IMG/VR virus record: IMGVR_UViG_3300032562_000003
Coordinates: 1-64,000 of that record
Direction: 5' to 3' (one strand)
DNA: 64,000 bases
Shown: positions 39,574 through 50,664 of the stretch, one piece after another
How the letters are laid out: each line of letters starts with the position of its first letter
Position numbering within the stretch: position 1 is the stretch's first letter
The notes under the pieces: model-generated
Seen by the model: the letters and a program-made list of their open reading frames with translations, nothing else
What the model was told of the DNA's origin: nothing
Database searches by the model: none
Translations under genes and position numbers: made by a program

Positions 39574-40023
39574 TTACTTTTTATATGAAACCGCAATGGT
39601 TTTGGGTTTTTGTTCCTCAGGAACCTTGCGCTCAAGATCAATAGTTAGAATGCCGTTATTAACGTCAGCTCCTTCAACCTCAACATGTTCTGCTAAAGTG
39701 AACGAACGAGTAAAACTGCGGGCCGAAATACCGCGATGTAGATACACAGGTCCATTTAGATTGTCTTCTACTGCTTGTTTACCTTGAATAGTTAGAACGT
39801 TTTTTTCCAAAGTAACATCGATATCTCCTTCGTTAAATCCGGCCACAGCAAGTTCGATGCTGAATCTATCGTCAGAATGTTGTACTACATTAAATGGTGG
39901 ATAATTGACATTAGATTGCAGAAAATGTGCTCTACTCAATTCATTAAAAACGCTGTCAAAACCTACTGCAAATTTATGAATTGATGGAATGTCGAAGGCA
40001 CGAAGGGTTAGTTCATTAGTCAT
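39574..40023 (-). CDS. Small heat-shock protein Hsp20 (IbpA-like)
   Basis: NYPPFN, IELAVAGF, YLHRGIS.RSF, NGIL.IDL. Confidence 0.95.
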   Translation of the reverse strand: MTNELTLRAFDIPSIHKFAVGFDSVFNELSRAHFLQSNVNYPPFNVVQHSDDRFSIELAVAGFNEGDIDVTLEKNVLTIQGKQAVEDNLNGPVYLHRGISARSFTRSFTLAEHVEVEGADVNNGILTIDLERKVPEEQKPKTIAVSYKK

Positions 40024-40090
40024 GTTTTATCTCCTTTATTAAGCAAGACTATTATTGTAGACCTCATTGAGCATCTACAATAGTATTTAT
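40024..40090 (-). promoter_or_regulatory. ROSE-like RNA thermometer leader under a late promoter
   Basis: TAAATA, long hairpin, then TCTTGCTT-AATA-AAGGAGA pairing the UUGCU motif with the SD. Confidence 0.7.
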
Positions 40091-40128
40091 ACTACTATAA
40101 ATTCGTAAAAATTCTAGTATTTTGGGTA

Positions 40129-41325
40129 TTATACTAGTGGTGTAGGGTTGGTTATTTGATCTACATCGATTGTTATAGTTTTAATACCGCATTCCTTATA
40201 CTTATGAATGTGGAACATATGTTGCATTAGCACACGTTCTATTTCCGTGTGTAGGCCTCTAGCACCCGTATGTAAATCTATACAATTTTGCGCAGTCTTC
40301 ACGATAGCATCTTCGGTAAATGAGAGTTCAATTCCATCAAGTTCGAACAGATATTGATATTGCTCAATAAAGCTGTTTTTGATGGTAGTCAACACTGCAA
40401 CCAGTTGATCTAAAGTTAGATCCTGCAAGGTTATAGTAGTAGTAAATCTTCCGATAAACTCTGGAATCATACCAAACTTTGTTAAATCATCAGGACTCAC
40501 AGATGATAAACAAACAGCGTCATTTTTTGGTTTCATCACCGGGCCGAACCCGATAGACGATCCCTGTGTTCTACTTTTGATTATGTTTTCTATTCCGACA
40601 AAGGCTCCACCTGCAATAAACAGAATATTTTTGGTATCCACTTCAATCATTTCACCTTGTGGATGCTTGCGTTTGCCAATCGGGCTTACCCGGCATTTAG
40701 TTCCCTCTACCAACTTCAAAAGTGCTTGTTGAACGCCCTCTCCGCTAACATCACGGGTAATGCTAGCACTCTCACTCTTGCGAGAGATTTTATCAATCTC
40801 GTCAATAAAGACTATCCCGCGTTCTGCTTTGCTCACATCGTTATCTGCAAGAGCTAATAGCATTGCAATCATGGTTTCGGCATCTTCGCCTACGTACCCT
40901 GCCTCAGTCAAGTTAGTAGCATCTGCAATCACGAAAGGAACGTTCAGATATTTTGCTACTGTTTTAGCTAAAAGGGTCTTACCAGAACCAGTTGGTCCAA
41001 TCAGTAGCACGTTTCCCTTTTGAATTTCTAAATCCTTAGGTGGATTATTAATTCGCTTGTAATGATTAGAAATCGCTACCGACAAAACCTTCTTAGCTTC
41101 ATCCTGACCTATGACATGCTGGTCAAGATATTCCTTAATGCTATATGCATCAATCTCTGTTTGATCAGGTTTAATACTTGAGGAGGATTTTCCAGATGCA
41201 ATAAGTTGATTGCACAAGTCTATACAGTCGCTACAAATCGCTACGTCTTCACTAACGATAAGCTTTGTTACTTGGTCTTTATGAGTTCCACAGAAGGAAC
41301 AATGATCTAATTTTGTGTCTACCAT
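40129..41325 (-). CDS. clpX: ATP-dependent Clp protease ATP-binding subunit
   Basis: CSFC..C..C zinc finger, GPTGSGKT, GYVG, DEIDK, RKH, IGF. Confidence 0.97.
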   Translation of the reverse strand: MVDTKLDHCSFCGTHKDQVTKLIVSEDVAICSDCIDLCNQLIASGKSSSSIKPDQTEIDAYSIKEYLDQHVIGQDEAKKVLSVAISNHYKRINNPPKDLEIQKGNVLLIGPTGSGKTLLAKTVAKYLNVPFVIADATNLTEAGYVGEDAETMIAMLLALADNDVSKAERGIVFIDEIDKISRKSESASITRDVSGEGVQQALLKLVEGTKCRVSPIGKRKHPQGEMIEVDTKNILFIAGGAFVGIENIIKSRTQGSSIGFGPVMKPKNDAVCLSSVSPDDLTKFGMIPEFIGRFTTTITLQDLTLDQLVAVLTTIKNSFIEQYQYLFELDGIELSFTEDAIVKTAQNCIDLHTGARGLHTEIERVLMQHMFHIHKYKECGIKTITIDVDQITNPTPLV

Positions 41326-41362
41326 CTGATTTACTTATCTTACTGAAACGGTGTGTGTGAAA

Positions 41363-42799
41363 TTATGATTTTTTAGATTGTAGATATTGTTCCAATTCTG
41401 CTTTCTCGTTTTCAGAAAGCAATTCTACGTCGTACTCGCCCCTCTCAATTTTAGTAACAAGGTAGTTTAGGTATTCTTTATCATATAGATAGGAGTCAGT
41501 TTGTTCTTTATTAATCTCTATCCACTTTAAGCTATCAAACTTAAAGACTCGATTTGGCAGTGAATCCACTCTAACAAAGATATCGCCTTTTTTAGCAAAG
41601 TTAGGAAAAGACGTTCCGAAGTTAGTATTAACTTGTTCGGCGTCTGGTTTAGCGGCGAACAAGTCAGTTCTAAGTTCTTTGAGTGCATGACTAGGAATAG
41701 ATTTACCGGCATATGTTAAATAGACGCCCTCACTTTTTTCTAGCATCACGTTTTCAGTTTTGATATCAGACTCTAAAACTGGGGAAATTCTTGGCTCAGC
41801 ATCTTCGATAGTGTCTGGTTCTGTGATTGGTTCTGCTGCTCCTGAAGGTTCGTCTTCAACTGGTTCCAATTCTTCAACATGTTCAATTGCATCGGGAATA
41901 TGTTCTTTTGGTAAATCGTCTCCCAATTCAACATCCACGTCAACATCATCTGGTTGTATAGATTCTGATTCATCTTCTGGTGCCTCCTCTAGGACTTTTG
42001 GGCTATCTTGTTGTTTATTATCTTCTTCTAGCCACTCGTAACTGCTTTGTGCTGCAAGCACTAGCATCAGCGCTAATGGGTCAAACACAAATACAATTAG
42101 AATTATAACCCATCGCACTGCACGCTCTAGTAAATCGTTACTAGGGTTGTCTCCGTATATCAGTGCGGCGATGTATTTTATAGGCCCAACTTCCGCCTCC
42201 ACCTTGCGCGCGGCGCCCTTAATCGGGGCCATTTGCTCATTAAGTTTAGCACTGTTTGCCTGTTCGGTTTCAATTTCGTTGGCAAGACGATTGCGCTCAT
42301 CGGATTGACTTCTACGTAAAGATACCGCCCTTGCCGCGCCCTTCGCGTCCGTTGTTCTACCCAACGTTTGGTCCACTGCCTCATCGAGTTGTTTAAGTGC
42401 TTTACGGTCAGCATCTATCGTGTCCTTTGATGTTTGAAGTTTTTGTTCGTATATTTCTATTTTTGCTTGTACGTCTCCGCTTACCAAGCTTTGGTCGCTG
42501 TGTGCTTTTGCCAAATATCCATATATCCCCATGCTGGTCAAAAATGCTAGGGCGACTACAGATGGGACCAAATAAAGTTTCATCTGCCATTTAGCACGAT
42601 GCCAATATCGATGCAGCCAAACCGTGGTGACAACCTTAGCGAATTCTAATGATCCGCCCATAATCATGATAGGCAATGCTGCCGCAGAGAAAATTGCCAC
42701 AAGGCCCTGTATGGAGTACCAGGCAGCAATACTACCGAGAGAAAGTGCAACTAGAAGTGTTACGGTTGCAAAACTAAAAATTCTTTTAATTAAAGTCAT
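41363..42799 (-). CDS. Multi-TM coiled-coil protein with acidic linker
   Basis: 3 TM - coiled coil - TM (VFDPLA) - acidic region. Confidence 0.7.
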   Translation of the reverse strand: MTLIKRIFSFATVTLLVALSLGSIAAWYSIQGLVAIFSAAALPIMIMGGSLEFAKVVTTVWLHRYWHRAKWQMKLYLVPSVVALAFLTSMGIYGYLAKAHSDQSLVSGDVQAKIEIYEQKLQTSKDTIDADRKALKQLDEAVDQTLGRTTDAKGAARAVSLRRSQSDERNRLANEIETEQANSAKLNEQMAPIKGAARKVEAEVGPIKYIAALIYGDNPSNDLLERAVRWVIILIVFVFDPLALMLVLAAQSSYEWLEEDNKQQDSPKVLEEAPEDESESIQPDDVDVDVELGDDLPKEHIPDAIEHVEELEPVEDEPSGAAEPITEPDTIEDAEPRISPVLESDIKTENVMLEKSEGVYLTYAGKSIPSHALKELRTDLFAAKPDAEQVNTNFGTSFPNFAKKGDIFVRVDSLPNRVFKFDSLKWIEINKEQTDSYLYDKEYLNYLVTKIERGEYDVELLSENEKAELEQYLQSKKS

Positions 42800-43057
42800 A
42801 CTGTATTTAGTTCAAATAATGCAGTAACTACGGCAATTCTTCAAACAGATGTCCGTATGTTACTTTAAATTCGTCTAGCATCATTAGCAGCTTTCTAGGA
42901 ATACCGGGTCCTTGGTGAACATGGTACGTGACCCACGGACCAGTTTCTCTGCGTTTGATTTGTACGATTTCAATGCTATCGCCATCTTCAAATTGGTATC
43001 GTTTGCCAACCATTTGTTGGAGAGCAACGTAGTCTACTTCTTCTTCATCTTCCATCT

Positions 43058-43240
43058 TCAACGTCCCCGCCTAATGTCAAATATTCTTTCATGCGCATTT
43101 CAGTGACCGCCTCGTCCTTCATAGCACAGTCAAAACAAACTTCTTCGTGATTGAGTCCATATTGGACGTGTCTCAGCAATCACATCACACTGTTCACATC
43201 GTTGCGGTGGTTCTTCATAAATAATTCCAAATGTAGTCAT
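43058..43240 (-). pseudogene. Small zinc-finger gene with +1 frameshift
   Basis: CEQC..ETRP|YGLNHEEVCFDC needs removal of one A near 43162. Confidence 0.55.
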
Positions 43241-43730
43241 AATCAATCCTCTTCTACTTCCACATAAACAGGCTTAACAACAGATCCATAACGCTTGGCT
43301 ACGGCTTCTGTCTTATAGACCTTGATAGGTTCTTTTCGCTGAAACCATTGTCCTTCTGAACGAATATTACGAACAGGTCCAGACTCAGACCATACAATAT
43401 AACCGATAGTTTGCTTAGTCATTAAAGTCCCATCTTACCACAAGTCCTCTGAGAACAATTCATCCCCGTTATAGCCACCGGGCTTACGAGGAAGAACCTG
43501 ATTAGCTTCTGTTGCGATCTTAAATGCGGTTCGTCTATCGACAAACTCGCCGATATCAGTGAGGAACCCCTGATTCTTGGGTTCTATGATAGTGTCATAT
43601 CCCAGCGCATGAACCATATGTAAAATGTGATGGTGCCTGCATGGTCGCGGCATGGATAGGATGAGTTCGTCACCTGCTTTTACTGCACCCAAATCTACTG
43701 GAGCAATCAGTCTACATGCCACAGAAACGA

Positions 43731-45152
43731 TCATTTATCATCCCTAAAGCGAACAAATCGAGGGAAACGAAGCGAATAAGTGCCGTCTCGATTTTGAGTT
43801 ACAGCATCAGCCATAACCTCAACCGTATTACCAATGTGTTGAGTTCCACTAGGAGTTTCAGTCATAGTAACCCAAACCTTGTTAACCTTCTTTTCCCAAG
43901 TAACAGTAGTGTTAGTAATGTCTGCCCAAATTTGAGCCCGAAGCTGGTCATCGTATCCACTTCCGACATTTACCGTGATTTCTCGACCATTATCTACACC
44001 GGCGCAAATCAATGCCCCCAACCTGCCTTCGTTACGACCAGTACCTTCTTCGGACCCGACAATTTGAAGATCAACCGTAATAGTAGGTTTCCACTTCATC
44101 CATGCAGTGCTGCGATCACAGACGTATGGTTGATCTAGGTCTTTGATCATAATACCTTCATACCCAAGTGCGACCATCTCACTGGCGTACTTCTCTAGCT
44201 CAGACTTACCTTCTGCGGTGTCAAGATTAACCTGAATATGAGGCAGCAGTTCCAAATTTGGCATACGGTCAAACGTAGAGCGCACGGTCTCAAGAAGGGC
44301 AATTCGATCAGACAGCGGGGTCGACCAAATCTTTTTGCGGAAATCTACCAGAGGAATAATGTCAAACACATGGAAAACGCTGTCATCTGCTTGCACGTCT
44401 GTTTTACGACGAGCCTGTCGCATAAGTTCTTGAAAAGAATTACCAACGACTTCACCGTCAAGCACGAAACTGTACCATCCTCCGTTTTGACCAAATGCAG
44501 ACATGATCGGCGTAAGATTAGCTTTGATCTGATTTTCGATTCCAGTGAAATTTTCAAAAACCTTACCATTGCGGCTGTACGAAGTCACAGTGATAGTAGG
44601 AATCGCACCCGGGCCCAGGTCAACAACCATAAGAACACGAACACCATCAAGCTTGGGTTCAAGACGCTTGATGCCGCGCATTTCGGGGCGCCCTTCACAG
44701 TTAGTAGCCAACTGACATTCAAAAGTCGCTACTTCATACGGAGTACCCTTAAACACCTTGTTGATTGTGCTAGTGCTGATACCCGCACGAACATCACGAC
44801 GAAGAACGGCAGCAGCAAAAGTGTTCCATTCATCGCTGTCAAAGCGTTCAGCCATTGATTGAATAGCGTCTCGCGCAGCATTACCTGACAATTCACGCTT
44901 AGCAAGACGATTCAGAAGTCCCATAAAATCTTCGTATGGGTTCTCGCCGCCGACAATTCCGTCAGTGGTAGGAATCTGCTTGACTCCGTACGTGCTGAAT
45001 GGGTCGTAACATGCACCCAACAGGGTTATAAAAGTGCTAGCGGTCTTATTGCCGATTGCAGCAGCAGTATACGCCTTCTTAAGGACCTCTTCTTTGTGCA
45101 GACGAGATTCGCTTTTGTTGAGTTCTTTAATCCAATAAGCCGACATGTGCAT
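43731..45152 (-). CDS. ATP-dependent DNA ligase
   Basis: KLDGVR, SRNGK, LDGE, EGIMIK, KWKP, SLRFPRF. Confidence 0.95.
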   Translation of the reverse strand: MHMSAYWIKELNKSESRLHKEEVLKKAYTAAAIGNKTASTFITLLGACYDPFSTYGVKQIPTTDGIVGGENPYEDFMGLLNRLAKRELSGNAARDAIQSMAERFDSDEWNTFAAAVLRRDVRAGISTSTINKVFKGTPYEVATFECQLATNCEGRPEMRGIKRLEPKLDGVRVLMVVDLGPGAIPTITVTSYSRNGKVFENFTGIENQIKANLTPIMSAFGQNGGWYSFVLDGEVVGNSFQELMRQARRKTDVQADDSVFHVFDIIPLVDFRKKIWSTPLSDRIALLETVRSTFDRMPNLELLPHIQVNLDTAEGKSELEKYASEMVALGYEGIMIKDLDQPYVCDRSTAWMKWKPTITVDLQIVGSEEGTGRNEGRLGALICAGVDNGREITVNVGSGYDDQLRAQIWADITNTTVTWEKKVNKVWVTMTETPSGTQHIGNTVEVMADAVTQNRDGTYSLRFPRFVRFRDDK

Positions 45153-45206
45153 TCCTTAATGATTTAAAAGTATTATAGCTTAGGAGCGTGAGGTTGTCAA
45201 ACTAAA

Positions 45207-46107
45207 TCATCCCCATCGAAGAATGCACCAAGAGGCATCTTCACCTGAAATGAACAAAATCTCACTGTAATCAAATTTAGCTATATAGGGCTCTGTACAG
45301 GCCTGCGCAAGCCAAATCTTAATTTCTTCCGCTTTTGGATTGTTTATAGTGACAACATGATGTTTGCTGCTCAACGATTTGACTACTTCCCAATCGAGTT
45401 CTTTGGATACTTCTTCTGAAAGTTTTTTCCAGAGTTCCGTATCGAGGTCATCCGCTGATTGTATTATCAACGGGTCCATCGTCCATTTAGCATCTAATGT
45501 TCTCGGCGTTGAGTTAACAACCGTTCTATTAATTTTTGGAATCATTAAAAATCATCTTTACGTCTGCGAGACCATAAATTACAGGATGAACAGGTTCTAG
45601 TTTGTACAGCGTGAATGCCGTCTTTTTTGGGTTCTGACCATTTCAACCAACGATGCCAGCCAAACCTACACCAAAAACTAGTAACCAATAATGGTTCATC
45701 TTTTAAGACTCTAAAAACATTTTCTTTTTCAGCACTAGACATTATTCCCACCTCAACGCAGCAAAGGTTTCCCAACTAGGATTGGTTGTTTGTAAAGTTA
45801 TATACGGACATGGCCAATCAATGTATCCATGATCAGGTTGACTAAGCCACATAATTCTTTCAGGAACTATATCAACGCTGAGACGCCAGCCCGAACCATC
45901 AATTCCGTTGACAACATTTTCTTGCCACGGAAGTGAAGGACCAAAGGTTTCCTCGCACCACGTCGTGATCTCACCGAAATCCTCTATGTTTTTACCGAGC
46001 CTAATCACGATAGTATATAAATGCCTGAGAGACAGTCCACTTAGGGAATTTACAACCCACTTAAGGGAGACCCAATTTACGAAAGACCACTCGGGTCCCT
46101 CAGGCAC
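45207..46107 (-). CDS. Three small hypothetical proteins (45207, 45545, 45742)
   Basis: Coupled ORFs; two end in ..LRW. Confidence 0.6.
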
Positions 46108-46269
46108 TTATTCAGTTCCCGCAGACTTTGTTAATTTCTTCGGGAGTGTGGTTATACTTAGAATAGGCGATTCTGCACTGAGCCTTGTAGTGAGAATCAT
46201 ATGCCTGCTCAGCAAACATACTAGCAAAAATCACAGCTATTGCAATAAAATACCACTTCATATCCATAA

Positions 46270-46920
46270 TTAAATAACCTTTGTGTGTGATAGTTGGGTG
46301 GAACCGTCCCGGTGAGCCTTAACCCGACCGCTGACCTTAATAGTGTTGCCAACAAGCAGACGTTCCCGATAGCTAAAGAACACCGCTTGCTTGTCGGGAG
46401 TGAGGCACGTAATGAAATACACACCGTACTTTTCAGAATAGACGGACTTCATAACCTCAAGCACAACATCATTGACCTTAACGCCCGGAGCAGCAAGATA
46501 GCCACCATTAGCGTAACGAACCTTGCGTTCGGCTTCATCGCGGGCGATAGAACGAAGATAGCAAGACGGAAGAGACGTGATCACTCCGACGCCTAGAGAA
46601 GTCTCGATAGTTTCACAGTTAGCGAGCGTCAGAGCCTGATATTCAAAATCATTCAGCGTGATTCCCTTAAGAATCTTGAAAGTAAGGCCCTGATAATACT
46701 GCCGAACCTTGGCGCCTTCAATGCGATCCTCTTCGGTAATTTGAGTAGTATCAGCCAAAAGGCGGTTGACGATGTTACGATTGAGTTGAGTACCTTCGGG
46801 GGGTTCAGCAGTGAGTTCCCGAATATAAGAACCGTTGATGCGTTGCGCAGCAGTAGCCGCAGAAAACACGTCGGCAGTTTCGTAAGAGCGAATCACTTTT
46901 TGATAAGAAGGGCGAGCCAT
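46270..46920 (-). CDS. Hypothetical protein with C-terminal OB-like fold
   Basis: VSGRVKAH...TQL..KV; early promoter. Confidence 0.6.
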   Translation of the reverse strand: MARPSYQKVIRSYETADVFSAATAAQRINGSYIRELTAEPPEGTQLNRNIVNRLLADTTQITEEDRIEGAKVRQYYQGLTFKILKGITLNDFEYQALTLANCETIETSLGVGVITSLPSCYLRSIARDEAERKVRYANGGYLAAPGVKVNDVVLEVMKSVYSEKYGVYFITCLTPDKQAVFFSYRERLLVGNTIKVSGRVKAHRDGSTQLSHTKVI

Positions 46921-47030
46921 TTCTTTGTTCCGTTGCTTCAAACTATGTACTAGTTATAATGCTGAATGAGGAAAAGGTCAAGCCGAAAGTTTACCTATTT
47001 TCGTATTAGGTTATGCACTGACTTAGTAGG

Positions 47031-47474
47031 TTATCTAAGCCAGGATTCAATTAGGGTGTTCAAGTCATCGTCGCAAGGGTCAGCGTCTTCTTTTGCAAGG
47101 CGCTTCGCCATATTTTGTTGAATTTTTATGTTGGGTGGTTGGCCCGTACCCAATTGAGCATGGGTGAATACTCCGTATAATTTAATTGTTGTAGGCTTTC
47201 TACCGGATAGTTCATACACTATAGACATGTCCGAAGACAAGTGGGCCTTTCTAGCTTTTGGCATATACTGGGCGTATGCCCCTTCGGATTTAAAGCGATT
47301 ATCACTTGGACCAAACGGTGTTATTGGATCCCGACTCTTAACTTCTTGAAACTCCTCAATCTTCTTGAGAATATTAGGAGTGTCCTTGATGGCAGAAATC
47401 AATGACTCGTCCCAAAGAGGTCCGTAATCAAACACCACTGTGTTTACAGGTTGACCTTTAAAAGGAGATGCCAT
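47031..47474 (-). CDS. RelE/YafQ-like mRNA interferase toxin
   Basis: R.AHL..D..IVY.....I.LYGVFTH..L pattern of YafQ-type toxins. Confidence 0.6.
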   Translation of the reverse strand: MASPFKGQPVNTVVFDYGPLWDESLISAIKDTPNILKKIEEFQEVKSRDPITPFGPSDNRFKSEGAYAQYMPKARKAHLSSDMSIVYELSGRKPTTIKLYGVFTHAQLGTGQPPNIKIQQNMAKRLAKEDADPCDDDLNTLIESWLR

Positions 47475-47658
47475 TAGCTTCCGCTACCGCTCGCAACCGA
47501 GCCTTAGATTCCTCAAGGGTGTAAGGCCCAGACCACGGACCGTTCTTGCTCTTGATGATCTTGACAACATCTTCGGTACGAAGACCGGTGTCATTGTTAG
47601 CATCGATAGCTTCAAAGAGCGCTTGCTCGCTCGGTTGCATGACTTCGTTGATATTCAT
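47458..47658 (-). CDS. Small protein overlapping the toxin gene, putative antitoxin
   Basis: TATAAATA promoter, AAGGA RBS, MNINEV start; 17-nt overlap. Confidence 0.5.
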   Translation of the reverse strand: MNINEVMQPSEQALFEAIDANNDTGLRTEDVVKIIKSKNGPWSGPYTLEESKARLRAVAEANGISF

Positions 47659-49282
47659 GTGACGTTCCTTAGATGTATTTATAAATCTACGAATTATAAT
47701 AGTAGAATGGGCAATAGGTGTCAACCTATATTTTGAAATCTTTTGATTTAATTCTCAGCCTGTTCAAGTTGAATGATCTTTTGTCCGAGACGGAGGAGTT
47801 CAAACTGCGCCGCCATAAGAGCGTAGTGATGCTTTTCATCAGAAGATTTGATAAGAGCGTCAAGTTCCTTAACGCGATTATCAATCATGATTTTAACGGC
47901 AAGCGGTGTCATGTCTCGTCTTTCTCAATGCTTCACAATAGCTAATGGTCTATATTTTTGGGACCTTGGATTTTTATCTCAAATTTTCTCTTTGGACCAA
48001 AAATCATGATTTTTGTGCAGCACTTAAAGTCGCTATAAAGCCGGGCGCTGGATATTTAAAATGTTTAGCCATTATTCTTACTCTGTAATTTTAGATTCGT
48101 CGAAATTTTGCATAGCAATAGTTAGCGATTCCTCAATCAATTGATTGAGTGTTATGTCTCGCTCGTGTGCCATAAGCATAAGATCATAAATTTCTTCATG
48201 CTCTAGCTCGATTTCCAAATCTACTCGGTTGTCTTCCTTCTTCGCTCTCGGTGCAAATTCCTGAACGTATAAGCTCCATTTTTCCATAGCATCAGCGTAG
48301 CTAGCCTTCACCCGTGCTAATTCCGAAGCTAACTTTTCGTTTTGCATAGCCAACTGTGCCGCGCGCCGATCAGCTTCCTCAGCCCGATTCATGTAGATAA
48401 TAGTATGAGTGTCCATTGTTTTTCAATCCTTAAACGTGAATACCCAATTTGGTACCGGAAGATTAACATACGAGTTTTTAAACCAGGCCGGCCACGTTAA
48501 CGCAATATATGCTTCTCCGTACAAATTGATTGCAGGGATATTACTCTTAAAGAGTAATCCTACATACGAACCAACAAGCAAATATGTACTAATTACGGCG
48601 ATACATAGAAGGCTGATAATCTGTTTCCGATTACCTGGCATGCGTTATCCGCTCATCAGAAAAACAAATCCGGCAACTGCGGCCGCAATACCAAGCACAG
48701 ATCCGGCCACGACAAGCTTGGCGCCCTTAGAGAAAGTAGGACCCTTCCTAGAACCAGACCAAGCAACTTCGCCGGCTTGAAGACCAAGGCCCTTAGCAGA
48801 ACCATGACGAAGCATGGATTGATACGTTTCACCCGGCATACGCGGAAGTTCAGAAGGCATTGTCGTTCTCCATAAGTTAGATCGTATTAGTACTATACAC
48901 TAAGAATGCAGCAAGTCAACCGTTTAATCATAACTCGCGTTTGATTCGATTTCAGCATATGAAGACGGCATCCAAGCTTCTTCATACACACCGTGATTAT
49001 ATCGATACTTCAATACTTTGTATGATTGAAACAGACCAAAGAAAACCGGCTTTGCACTCCAGGAAATAGGTTGCTTAACTTTCCAAAAATGATCATGTAA
49101 TACTAGCTGACCATCTTTATTGACATACATTCCCATCGGAGTTCCTCTTCATCCAGTCAAAGAAATGCCATCCCAGCACTGCTGGCGTCCATTCCTTATC
49201 AGGATTGGCGTCTTGCCATTCACGAATTTGCCGAAGATTTAGTTCGGTAATTACGGTAATGTTGTTCTTTACCCATTCGTAG

Positions 49283-49714
49283 CTATTCATTGATTTTGCT
49301 TTCTAGATATGTCTTAATGCTAGATGGATTGGCCTTACCGCCAACAGACTTCATGGTTTGTCCGACGAACCAGCCGATAGTCTTTTCAGACAGAATCTTC
49401 TCAGGATTGCCAGCAATCAGTATATCACAGACAGGCTGAAAATCAACCATGTCTGTTTGTTGACTGTAGGCAGAGACAATCTGTACTTCACGTTCTAGTT
49501 CCGGAGAACTCATCTTGACTGATGCAAGAGCCTGAATGTTGGCGTCTAGATTCTTTAGAAACTTGCGAACACCCTTACCAACTTGATCGTCATTCGGTTC
49601 CTTAGTTTCTCGGCATAGCTCTGCAATGAGCGTATTAAGTACGTTCACCTTAGCCTGGTCACGGTCCTTACGAGCCTGAAGGACATCAGCTTTGATAGTT
49701 TCAAAAATAGTCAT
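49283..49714 (-). CDS. GatB/YqeY domain protein
   Basis: IK.D...ARK.RD..K...L; GWFVGQ.MK..GGKANP. Confidence 0.8.
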   Translation of the reverse strand: MTIFETIKADVLQARKDRDQAKVNVLNTLIAELCRETKEPNDDQVGKGVRKFLKNLDANIQALASVKMSSPELEREVQIVSAYSQQTDMVDFQPVCDILIAGNPEKILSEKTIGWFVGQTMKSVGGKANPSSIKTYLESKINE

Positions 49715-50490
49715 TTATTTACCTTCATTTTTAGTAGTCCAACCGCCTGGCGGAGGTTGTTGTCTTTTGCTGATAAGATTAGGGTTACGGAACTCATCGA
49801 TATGAATCGTCTTGTGCGGTTCATTCCAAGTAGCATACGCTACCCAATCGTTTGGTTCTATTCCTTGATCCCAGCAGGTGCTTCTAGTTATTTCAGTCAT
49901 AATATTTTAGTTTAGCCAAAGTGAGTGTCGGTGGGTATACAACCAATGAACGGTCAATAAAACAAAACTCATAGTTGACATACCGAAAATAAACATCAGT
50001 AACAAGTAAAAGCCAATAGCACTGAAAACTTTAAATGACGGTCTTTTCCATTGAATGAAATTTTTCTTAGCCTTTTTCTTACTGCTCGGGTTTCTGCTTT
50101 CTAGAATAGCACGAACCTCCGAAATGATTGAATCCGGATTAGTGAATCCAAACATCGGCAAAAAGAAAAAGGGCGTGTTATTCTCGCGCAAGAAGTCTGC
50201 ACCCTGAATCTCAAATGCAGCATATCGAGCTACTGAACACGTAAAAAGATTTTCCTGCGTAAGAAGATCAGCGTGATGTCCTGCTAATTCCATCTTCTCA
50301 TAATCACATTTATGAGCCATGATCGCAGAAACCTGAGCCTTCGTTTCAGCATCAGAGTAATGTTCATCGTGTTCCCATAAGTTTGGTTTCGCTGCACACA
50401 ACGCACCTATAACATTACCATGATCTTCCGGAATCATCTTCATGAGATAGCACAAAAATGCTTCGACAGATTTAGTTTTAGGTCCGTACT

Positions 50491-50664
50491 TCATTCGGCC
50501 CGTCCGCAGCGCCTCTCATCCTCAATGAATTCTTCATATTCTTGATCACGAGCAGCATTCCATCCACGCATAAATTCTTTATAGTCGTTGATATCTTCGG
50601 GTCGATATCCGTTACCCGAATAGAAGGCATTGTGCCCTTCAGAAAAGTAATTGCGTTGTGTCAT
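50491..50664 (-). CDS. Small Rmf/CrpP-fold-like protein (57 aa, not in ORF track)
   Basis: F.EG..AF..G.........FMRGWNAA. Confidence 0.4.
   Translation of the reverse strand: MTQRNYFSEGHNAFYSGNGYRPEDINDYKEFMRGWNAARDQEYEEFIEDERRCGRAE

Noticed and set aside
47940-48075. Possible replication origin
   Set aside because: T-rich and non-coding, but no iterons or other supporting pattern
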